Made by a program: the position numbers and the translations under genes. A stretch of 64,000 nt of DNA from Candidatus Multivoradales bacterium. GTDB taxonomy: Bacteria > Acidobacteriota > Thermoanaerobaculia > Multivoradales > JAHEKO01. The notes beneath the pieces are model-generated. The model ran no database searches and was not told the origin of the DNA. It saw only the letters and a list, made by a program, of their open reading frames with translations. Location: contig CBDCVR010000015.1 of NCBI GenBank assembly GCA_965223155.1, positions 192,001 to 256,000 on the forward strand, in the 5' to 3' direction. Below, in pieces: positions 39,167 through 46,484 of the stretch. Numbering within the stretch: position 1 is the first letter of the stretch; each line of letters starts with the position of its first letter.

Positions 39167-39981
39167 ACCAGGAGCTCCAGGCGTGGCCGCAGGTCGGAGA
39201 GCCTAGCCGCAAGCAGATCGCGAAACTCGGATTCGCGATGGCGGCGGCTGAGATGGCACAGCACTAGCACTTCGTTGTCGAAAAACTCCTGGCGTTCGAC
39301 AAGGTCGTCCAGGTGTAGGTGGCCGAACTGGCGAGCACTCTCGCGGGTCGCGTCGGAAGCGAACGTGCACTCCAAGAGCAAGTACCGGCTGCGGTACACC
39401 CGCGGCTCGGTGTCGAAGACCGCCGCTCCGGTGTCGCCGCAATAGGTGAGCCAGAGCTCGTGCTCCACCTCGTCGACGGACTCGCCTCGGGCACGCCGGG
39501 CGGCGATCTCGGGCCCGGACAACGCGCGGAGATCCTCGCGGAGACGGCGCCGCTCGCGGAGCAGGTGGCAGCCGAGAGCCGAGGTTCCGTGATCGACAGC
39601 GAACGCCTCGAGCTCGAACCCCTTGCCGAGCGCGACCGTCTCGCCCGGGAGGATCGGAACGATCTCCACTTCCAGCTCGCGGCCCTCGAGCCGGCCGGCG
39701 GCGGCGACCAGCTCGGCCAGCGGACCGGCAACCTCGGGGTGCGTGTAGACGGTCAGCGTGGACAGGCCCTGGCCGCGCCGCTGTGAGGCGATCCAGGGCA
39801 ACCCGCCGGCGTGATCCAGATGTCCGTGGGACAGGAAGACTCGGGGCACGCCAACGAGCTCGGGCGCACCACGGCCGGCGTCCAGCCCCAGAGCGGGAGG
39901 GTCGATGCGGAACCAGGTTTGCTGGCCTGCCCGGGATCGTCCGCGGACCCGGAGGCTATCGAGCTCGAGCGAGCGTGCCAT
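39163..39981 (-). CDS. MBL-fold hydrolase, short RNase Z-like
   Basis: SHGHLDH, GDT, ECTF, GHLH, HLSRR. Confidence 0.8.
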   Translation of the reverse strand: MARSLELDSLRVRGRSRAGQQTWFRIDPPALGLDAGRGAPELVGVPRVFLSHGHLDHAGGLPWIASQRRGQGLSTLTVYTHPEVAGPLAELVAAAGRLEGRELEVEIVPILPGETVALGKGFELEAFAVDHGTSALGCHLLRERRRLREDLRALSGPEIAARRARGESVDEVEHELWLTYCGDTGAAVFDTEPRVYRSRYLLLECTFASDATRESARQFGHLHLDDLVERQEFFDNEVLVLCHLSRRHRESEFRDLLAARLSDLRPRLELLV

Positions 39982-40003
39982 CGTGCCCGATTCCGCGAGC
40001 CGG

Positions 40004-41065
40004 CTAGATCTCCTGATAGAGCCACCTGCCCAGCGGCTCCAGTCGCTTCTTGACGCTCGCCGGGTCCGGATCGATCAGCCACAACGCGGCGGCCACCGAG
40101 GACAGAAGGGAGTTGCCGTCCTGAGGAGTAAAGCAGAATCCGTAGAGCTCCCGCCCGTGGCGGACGGTGAGGGTGGGCAATACCACGACGGTCTGGGAGA
40201 GGATCCGCCCGTAGTAGCCGTGGTCCCGGCCAAAGCTGAAGACGACGTTGGCCTGCTGCTTGTCGGTCACCGCGACGCGACGGTTGTCGTTCAGACGCTT
40301 GGTGATCTCTTCCAGGGTCACGTCCCGCGAGAACAGCATCCGGAACCAGATCGAGTGCATGTACTGCGTATTCAGCTTGGCAGCGCTCGAGAACAGGTTG
40401 AAGTCGAGGTTCAGCGTCTTGAACAGCGAATGGGCATCCCGAGCGTGGTGCGTGCCGAACTCGGAGTCCCCGTGGCTCCCCAAGAACGGGGCCGGGATGA
40501 ACTTGGACGCCTGGGTCACGTCATTGGCCCGGCGCATACAGACAAAGGTTCCCTGGTCCAGGCAGTAGCCCGACTCGTCCTCGCACAGGGTGCGGATCAG
40601 GGTTGTGATGTTGTGGGTGTTGCAGGACACGATCTGCAGAAAGCGGTCCTGTCCCGGTTCCAGCGCCTCGTCGTTCACGCCGCGAGCGTAGGGTTTGCCA
40701 AAGCCGAACTCGCTGCCTTGGGCAAGGTACCCTTTGGGACCTTGAATGTCCTGGTAGAAGGCCTCCTTGTTGGCGTTTCCCGCAGGGGTGCAATCGATGA
40801 CCACCGTCGCCCGCTCGATCGCGTCACGGGCCTCGAGCGAGACCTCGTGGCCCAACTCCTCGAAATCGGCCCGGCGATCGGCATCGACCGCGAGCCGCGC
40901 TCCCCGATCCATCAGGTGCTGGATCCGGGAGCGGTCCGACCGCAAGGGCGTCCGCTTGTGAAAGGTGACCTCGTCGATTCCCATCTTGTCTCCAAGGTCA
41001 GCGAACAACCCGATCAACGGCTCGCCGATCGTTCCGGTACCGACAATGTGCACAGTCGTCGTCAT
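40004..41065 (-). CDS. Archaeal-type (class II) glyceraldehyde-3-phosphate dehydrogenase homolog
   Basis: GTGTIG, VIDCTP.G..NK..Y, QGSE, IVSCNT (catalytic Cys), RRAND, THHARD, YMH. Confidence 0.75.
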   Translation of the reverse strand: MTTTVHIVGTGTIGEPLIGLFADLGDKMGIDEVTFHKRTPLRSDRSRIQHLMDRGARLAVDADRRADFEELGHEVSLEARDAIERATVVIDCTPAGNANKEAFYQDIQGPKGYLAQGSEFGFGKPYARGVNDEALEPGQDRFLQIVSCNTHNITTLIRTLCEDESGYCLDQGTFVCMRRANDVTQASKFIPAPFLGSHGDSEFGTHHARDAHSLFKTLNLDFNLFSSAAKLNTQYMHSIWFRMLFSRDVTLEEITKRLNDNRRVAVTDKQQANVVFSFGRDHGYYGRILSQTVVVLPTLTVRHGRELYGFCFTPQDGNSLLSSVAAALWLIDPDPASVKKRLEPLGRWLYQEI

Positions 41066-41080
41066 GGCATCCTCGCGAGG

Positions 41081-41311
41081 CTAGCCGCCACCTGCGTGCC
41101 TCGCTCCTCCTCTCCATTCTGGATCCCGGCGCGCGAACTCGTCGAGCTCGGCCGGTACCTCGAGCAGCGTGCGGGTGACGGCCGGCTCGCAGGTGTCGTT
41201 TTCACATTCATAGGTATAGACGTTGAACTCATCGCCGCGCTCGAAGCCCAGCAGCGTCTGGTAGGTATCGCACTGTCCGCACTTCACCGAAAAACTGCGG
41301 ATGTTGACCAT
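41081..41311 (-). CDS. Small putative Zn-ribbon protein
   Basis: 76 aa with CGQC and CENDTC; fills the gap between two same-strand genes. Confidence 0.7.
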   Translation of the reverse strand: MVNIRSFSVKCGQCDTYQTLLGFERGDEFNVYTYECENDTCEPAVTRTLLEVPAELDEFARRDPEWRGGARHAGGG

Positions 41312-41351
41312 CGTCTGCGTCACCGCACCTGGCCCGAACGCCGCCGGAGCG

Positions 41352-41885
41352 TCAGAGACTCCCCGCCGCCGGCGCCTCGGACAGGATTTCGGTAAGGCTA
41401 TTCCTCAAGATCGACGCTGGGGTCACCCCTTCTCGCCGAAACACGACGCGCCCCTCGGGATCCAGCACCACGATTGTGGGCAGAATCAAGATTCCGTGCT
41501 GAGCGGCCATCGTTTCCTGCGCATCGAGCAGGACGGGGAACGGGAACTCTTCCTTGTCCTCCAAGAACTCTCGCACGGTCTCCTCCGGCTCTCCGACGTC
41601 GATCGCCAGAAAGGTGACGCCGTCATCTGGCCCCAGACCGGCGGCTACCTCCTCGAGAGCCTGATGCTGCACCACACAGGGCAGGCACCAGGTCGCCCAG
41701 AAGTCCAGCACCAGGAACTGGTCCGGGAAATTCGCTCGACTCACCTGCTCGCCGTTGAGCGAAGTCAGCTCGAAGTCGTAGGCCTGGCCGCGCTCCGCGG
41801 TCGAGCCCGCCGGGGAGCAGCCGCTTACCGCAACGCCCACCGCCACCAGAACAAGGCACCATGCCGGTTTCCTGAATCGCATCAT
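41352..41885 (-). CDS. TlpA/ResA-family thiol-disulfide oxidoreductase lipoprotein
   Basis: Lipobox VSGC, LDFWATWCLPC, cis-Pro motif LPT. Confidence 0.88.
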   Translation of the reverse strand: MMRFRKPAWCLVLVAVGVAVSGCSPAGSTAERGQAYDFELTSLNGEQVSRANFPDQFLVLDFWATWCLPCVVQHQALEEVAAGLGPDDGVTFLAIDVGEPEETVREFLEDKEEFPFPVLLDAQETMAAQHGILILPTIVVLDPEGRVVFRREGVTPASILRNSLTEILSEAPAAGSL

Positions 41886-41971
41886 CTGGAGAGATTGACC
41901 TGGAGTCCTTGGAACGCCGATCCGGCTGCGACACCCGTCACCCGCGGACGCCAAGTGTAGACGATTCCGAG

Positions 41972-42020
41972 AAAAAAGACCGCAGGCCGCTCCCGAACTC
42001 GGACGGGGCGGCCTGCGGTC
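41972..42020 (-). terminator. Rho-independent terminator of the histone-like gene
   Basis: GACCGCAGGCCGC / GCGGCCTGCGGTC stem followed by T6 on the minus strand, about 25 nt after the stop. Confidence 0.88.
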
Positions 42021-42044
42021 GAAATCGAACCGTGCGGGCGGAGG

Positions 42045-42683
42045 CTACCGCCTCTTGGTCTTCCGCTTCGCGGCTTTCTTCTTGGTCTTGCGCTTCGGAG
42101 CGGCCTTCCGCTTAGTCTTCCGCTTCGCTGCCTTCTTTTTCGTCTTGCGCTTGGTGGCCTTCCTCTTGGCTGCCTTCTTCTTCGTCTTACGCTTCGGAGC
42201 GGCCTTCCGCTTGGTCTTCCGCTTCGCTGCCTTCTTTTTCGTCTTGCGCTTCGTGGCCTTTTTCTTGGCCGCCTTCTTCTTCGTCTTGCGCTTCGGAGCG
42301 GCCTTCCGCTTGGTCTTCCGCTTGGCTGCCTTCTTTTTCGTCTTGCGCTTGGTAGCCTTCTTCTTGGCTGCCTTCTTCTTCGTCTTACGCTTCGTGGCCT
42401 TCTTCTTGGCCGCCTTCTTCTTCGTCTTGCGCTTCGGAGCAGCCTTCCGCTTGGTCTTCCGCTTCGCTGCCTTCTTTTTCGTCTTGCGCTTGGTAGCCTT
42501 CTTCTTGGCTGCCTTCTTCTTCGTCTTGCGCTTGGTGGCCTTCTTCTTGGCCGCCTTCTTCTTCGTCTTGCGCTTGGTGGCCTTCTTCTTGACCGCCTTC
42601 TTTTTCGTCCTGCGTTTCGGAGCGGCCTTCTTTGCGACTTTGCGCTTAGTCTTGCGTTTTGTCGCCTTCTTCTTCCTCGCCAT
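42045..42683 (-). CDS. Histone-H1-like Lys/Arg/Ala-rich repeat protein, 212 aa
   Basis: GGGAGG RBS (42697-42692), own terminator, sequence limited to M/A/R/K/T/V/P, with differences between repeats mostly at third codon positions. Confidence 0.88.
   Translation of the reverse strand: MARKKKATKRKTKRKVAKKAAPKRRTKKKAVKKKATKRKTKKKAAKKKATKRKTKKKAAKKKATKRKTKKKAAKRKTKRKAAPKRKTKKKAAKKKATKRKTKKKAAKKKATKRKTKKKAAKRKTKRKAAPKRKTKKKAAKKKATKRKTKKKAAKRKTKRKAAPKRKTKKKAAKRKATKRKTKKKAAKRKTKRKAAPKRKTKKKAAKRKTKRR
42069..42590 (-). repeat. Coding tandem repeat made of 42-bp (A) and 57-bp (B) units, order AAAB-AAB-AB-AB
   Basis: A = KKKATKRKTKKKAA x7 (one K>R variant) and B = KRKTKRKAAPKRKTKKKAA x4; 31+98+76+7 = 212 aa. 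Confidence 0.9.
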
Positions 42684-43226
42684 CGGTACTGCCTCCCGCC
42701 CGGCTACGGGCTCAAGGACCTACCCGGTCCAAATCTACGCACGAGAGCGACATTGCTCTCAGCGCCTCCCCCCACATTGGCCAAATTCGCCAAACTCAAA
42801 GGGCCCGCGCTCCCACCGGAAGGCCTGCCCTATCCTCCAAGGAATCACTCGTTTCGCACTCCGACGGCCGGCGCAGAGCAAGAGCGTCTTGTGACTCCGG
42901 TCGACTCCAGCATCTCAGTGCCTAGAACCGATCTCGTTCGTCGGAGCCCACGCTACGCGCCGAGTCAACCGCGCCAGATGTCCTGGCCGCGGTGGCAAAG
43001 CGCGACGAGATGCGTTCGCGCTGCAACCGCGTTTCGACCGTGCGACGGCGTGCTCCACCATCGACCGCGAACAGCTCGAGCTTCGACGAAGCCGGCACCT
43101 CGAAAATCGGCGGCAGCAGCAATCCAGCCCGAACCTCGTAGACGCGGCGACGCACCACCCGGCCGGTCTGCTCGCAGCGTGCATCGAATTCCCAAGTCAT
43201 CGAACAAGGATCGCGGAACGAGTCGA

Positions 43227-43256
43227 AGAATGAACGATATATAGAGTCGTTGTCAA
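43227..43256 (-). promoter_or_regulatory. Putative sigma70 promoter pointing toward the histone-like gene
   Basis: Perfect TTGACA (43256-43251), 18-bp spacer, CATTCT (43232-43227). Confidence 0.6.
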
Positions 43257-43279
43257 GTAGAGACCACAACATATTGTGG
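43232..43279. promoter_or_regulatory. Tandem NrdR-box-like operators
   Basis: GAACGATATATAGAGT (43232-43247) and CCACAACATATTGTGG (43264-43279), centres 32 bp apart; both fit the acaCwAtATaTwGtg consensus, the second more closely. Confidence 0.8.
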
Positions 43280-43335
43280 TCCAAAGACAAATCGCAAGAA
43301 GCTCGCCGGCGGCGGCGCTTCTCCGTCTACGGCCC

Positions 43336-43341
43336 TATAAT
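43336..43341 (+). promoter_or_regulatory. -10 element of the mutase gene
   Basis: Perfect TATAAT 9 nt before ATG 43351, with no SD. Confidence 0.6.
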
Positions 43342-43350
43342 CACTGCGCC

Positions 43351-44928
43351 ATGGCCCAACGATTTCGAGACGATGCCGCTGCCGAGCGGCCGGCCTTTTA
43401 CGGCGCCGACGACCTGGCGGGAGAACCCACGCCCGCGGACCCGGGCAGCTTCCCGTTTACCCGGGGTTTGTACCCGGAGATGTACCGGCAGCGAGTCTGG
43501 ACGATGCGTCAGTACGCCGGCTTTTCCGATGCCGAGGAAACCAACCGGCGCTACAAGTTTCTACTCGAACAGGGAATCACCGGGCTCTCGGTCGCCTTCG
43601 ACCTGCCGACTCAGATCGGCTACGACTCCGACGGCCGCCTCGCCCGCGGCGAAGTCGGCCGCGTCGGAGTCGCCATCGACTCGATCGGCGACATGGAGCA
43701 GCTTTTCGATGGGATCCCGCTCGATCGCGTCACGACCTCGATGACCATCAACGCCACCGCGCCCATCTTGCTGGCCCTCTATCTCGCGGTGGCCGAGAAG
43801 CAAGGCGCCGACTGGGAACGGCTCGGCGGCACCGTGCAGAACGACATCCTCAAGGAATACGCCGCCCGGGGTACCTACATCTTCCCGCCCGAACCGTCGC
43901 TCAAGCTGGTTACCGACGTCATCGTGTTTTGCGCCGATCGGGTGCCGCGCTGGAACCCGATCTCGGTCTCCGGCTACCACATGCGGGAGGCCGGCAGCAC
44001 GGCCATCCAGGAGGTCGCCTTTACTCTGGCCAACGGACTGGCCTACGTCGAAGCCGCGGTAGCTCGCGGCCTCGACATTGACAGCTTCGCGCCGCGCGTC
44101 TCGTTCTTCTTCAACGCGCACAACAACTTCCTGGAAGAGGTCGCCAAGTTCCGCGCGGCCCGCCAGCTTTGGGCCGAGCTCGTCCGCGAGCGTTTCGCGC
44201 CCGCCAACGAACGGTCCTGCTGGCTGCGATTCCATACCCAGACCGCGGGCTCGACCCTCACCGCCCAGCAGCCGGACAACAACGTGGTCAGGGTCGCAGT
44301 CCAAGCGCTGGCGGCGATCTGCGGCGGAACCCAGTCACTTCATACCAACGCCCGCGACGAAGCCCTCGGACTGCCGACCCGGGAAGCAGCGCAGCTCGCG
44401 CTACGTACGCAGCAAGTCCTGGCTGAGGAGAGCGGCATCGTCGAGGTCGCCGATCCTCTCGGCGGTTCCTGGGCGGTGGAACGCCTGACGGGCGACATCG
44501 TCGCCGGCGCTCGCGAGTACCTGACCCGCCTGGAAGAGCTGGGCGGCCCGCTCAAGGCCTTGGACCAGGGGTTTCAGCAACGCGAGATTGCCGACGCCGC
44601 CTACGCGACTCAGCTTGCCATTGAGGCGGGCTCCGAGCGAGTGGTCGGAGTCAACGTCCACCGCACCGAAGATTCCGCCTCGCCCGAGGTGCTCCGTGTC
44701 GATCCGGCCAGTGAAGCCCGGCAGGTCGCCCGGCTACACGCCTTTCGCGAGCAACGCGACGCCGGTGCCGTCCAACGGGCACTCGCGGAGCTTGGCACGG
44801 CGGCCGGCGAGAACCGCAACCTCATGCCAGCGATCCTGGAAGCGGTACGAGCCGGTTGCACGGTCGGCGAAATCTCCGACGCGCTGCGCGCGGTCTTCGG
44901 CGAGCACCGCGAAACGTCGTTCGGCTAG
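43351..44928 (+). CDS. Methylmalonyl-CoA mutase, substrate-binding (large) subunit without a B12 domain
   Basis: FPFTRGLY, WTMRQYAGF, GLSVAFDLPTQ.GYDSD, QNDILKEY.ARG, SGYHMREAG, TQSLHTN; no DxHxxG. Confidence 0.93.
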   Translation: MAQRFRDDAAAERPAFYGADDLAGEPTPADPGSFPFTRGLYPEMYRQRVWTMRQYAGFSDAEETNRRYKFLLEQGITGLSVAFDLPTQIGYDSDGRLARGEVGRVGVAIDSIGDMEQLFDGIPLDRVTTSMTINATAPILLALYLAVAEKQGADWERLGGTVQNDILKEYAARGTYIFPPEPSLKLVTDVIVFCADRVPRWNPISVSGYHMREAGSTAIQEVAFTLANGLAYVEAAVARGLDIDSFAPRVSFFFNAHNNFLEEVAKFRAARQLWAELVRERFAPANERSCWLRFHTQTAGSTLTAQQPDNNVVRVAVQALAAICGGTQSLHTNARDEALGLPTREAAQLALRTQQVLAEESGIVEVADPLGGSWAVERLTGDIVAGAREYLTRLEELGGPLKALDQGFQQREIADAAYATQLAIEAGSERVVGVNVHRTEDSASPEVLRVDPASEARQVARLHAFREQRDAGAVQRALAELGTAAGENRNLMPAILEAVRAGCTVGEISDALRAVFGEHRETSFG

Positions 44929-44950
44929 GGCCGTCGTCCCCACAACCAGC

Positions 44951-45001
44951 GAGGGCGCTACCGGGCACGCGGCCGAGCGGCCGCACCGTGTCGGCGCCCT
45001 C
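44951..45001. other. Long GC-rich hairpin between convergent genes
   Basis: GAGGGCGC / GCGCCCTC outer stem and GCGGCCG / CGGCCGC inner stem; no U-tract. Confidence 0.5.
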
Positions 45002-45087
45002 AGGAGTCCCCCGGCGACTCCCGCTGGCCGCTGGCACGCAAGGGCGCCAGTCAACCGCAGGCGTCACTTCGAGGCGAAAAGGCCCGG

Positions 45088-46482
45088 CTACTGAACGGGA
45101 TCGTCGCCGCCGGCGCCGCCGTCATCCACCAGCGCCTGCGCCGAGCGAAGGGCCGCCACCTTGGCCTCGACGTCGGCCACGCCGTCGGCCGGCACCACCA
45201 CGCCAAACTCGCGTCCGCCTCCGACCGCCAAGTAGTCCTGGTTCCAGGCATGAAGCGACAGCGTCTCGGACGAGTCCCCATCCAGGGTCAGGCGGATCCG
45301 CAGGGCAGCGGGCTCTTCAGGCTCGACCAGCGCCAAGGATACGAGATCCTCTCCTCTGGCTCCGGTAACGCCCGTCAAGGCGTAGAGCAGATCGCTGGCG
45401 AGAGAGTAGTCGATCTCGGCACCGTCACGCCGCCAGGAACCCTCGCTCCTCGCGAGTGACAAGGCCTCGCCGTCCTCTTCGGTGGCAAGGACTTCGATAC
45501 CGGTGACGTCGATCGGACGCGTTTCGGTCCACGCTCGCGATTGCCAACCGGCGGCGGGCCCGCTCAGGAGCTCCAGAAAGTCGATCGTCGCCAGATACGT
45601 CCCTTCGTCGGTCGCCACGTAGTGAAGCGGCGTCTGCCCGTCCTCATTCGTCGGCTCCGACTGATCCGGAGCACCCACACGCACCTCGAGCGGAGCCTCC
45701 CTGCCTTCGACGGCGAGACTCAGAACCAAGGGCGATGCCATGGCGTCTCCGGGCACGACGTCCACAAAGCGCTCCACCGTCAGGCCGGCAAGACCGTCGA
45801 AGACCTCGCGGGCGGCGTCCCGGTCGGCCCGATCGGCAAACGGCGCCACCAACTCGAAACCGTCTCCCGCGCGGCGAAGGCGCACCCCGGTCGAATCGAC
45901 CGCGAGCTCGAGAAGGGCATCGCTCGCGACGGGCAGTAGCTCGCGGCTACGCCAGTCTTCGACCGCCTTTTCGAAGTCGCTCGAGAGCGAATCGGGCACC
46001 ACCCGGAACTCGGTTCCGGGCCCCAGGTCGGCGATCGTGTTGGCCGAGGCCGGAACCGGCGCCCCGAGGCGAATCGTGATCTCGGTTTCGGCGGCGGTCA
46101 CCGTAACCCGAGCCCGCGGTTCCTCCAGACCCAACTGGGCGGGGTCGCCGTCGGCAAAGGAGCGGCTGACCTCGAGTCCGGTCAGCGCCTCCAGAAATGA
46201 CTCCACCTCATCGCCATCGGCGCGGGCGTCCACTGGAGCCTCCAGCCGCCAGCGGCGGGCCTCCGTGTCCGCCGGCTCCTCGGTCGCTTCCCGCACCAAG
46301 ACCAGCCGGCCGGCGGAAGATTCCAGGACCACCCGCTCCACGTCCCCGGCCTCTATTGCGACCAGCTTCTTGGCGTCGGCGGAACGCTCGTCGGTCGACG
46401 GCGCCTTCCGATCCACGAGCCACAAAAACGCGGCCAGGGCAGCGACGAGAGCGGCAAGGATCAAGACCGACCGGGGCTTCAT
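45088..46482 (-). CDS. DUF4340-like membrane-anchored protein
   Basis: N-terminal TM, repeated W.L.AP...AD...V...L..L..L units; follows a GldG-like gene. Confidence 0.8.
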   Translation of the reverse strand: MKPRSVLILAALVAALAAFLWLVDRKAPSTDERSADAKKLVAIEAGDVERVVLESSAGRLVLVREATEEPADTEARRWRLEAPVDARADGDEVESFLEALTGLEVSRSFADGDPAQLGLEEPRARVTVTAAETEITIRLGAPVPASANTIADLGPGTEFRVVPDSLSSDFEKAVEDWRSRELLPVASDALLELAVDSTGVRLRRAGDGFELVAPFADRADRDAAREVFDGLAGLTVERFVDVVPGDAMASPLVLSLAVEGREAPLEVRVGAPDQSEPTNEDGQTPLHYVATDEGTYLATIDFLELLSGPAAGWQSRAWTETRPIDVTGIEVLATEEDGEALSLARSEGSWRRDGAEIDYSLASDLLYALTGVTGARGEDLVSLALVEPEEPAALRIRLTLDGDSSETLSLHAWNQDYLAVGGGREFGVVVPADGVADVEAKVAALRSAQALVDDGGAGGDDPVQ

Positions 46483-46484
46483 GG

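Noticed and set aside
42069-42590. Tandem repeats as a possible CRISPR array
   Set aside because: No unique spacers, unit lengths are multiples of three, variation is mostly synonymous, and no cas genes are present.
42055-42894. 279-aa very hydrophobic plus-strand ORF (FFLAAFFFVLR repeats)
   Set aside because: Antisense shadow of AAG/GCC codons in the H1-like gene; the RBS and terminator support the minus strand.
42684-43350. oriC or cobalamin riboswitch in the long intergenic region
   Set aside because: No DnaA-box cluster and no recognisable B12-box or GGGAA core.
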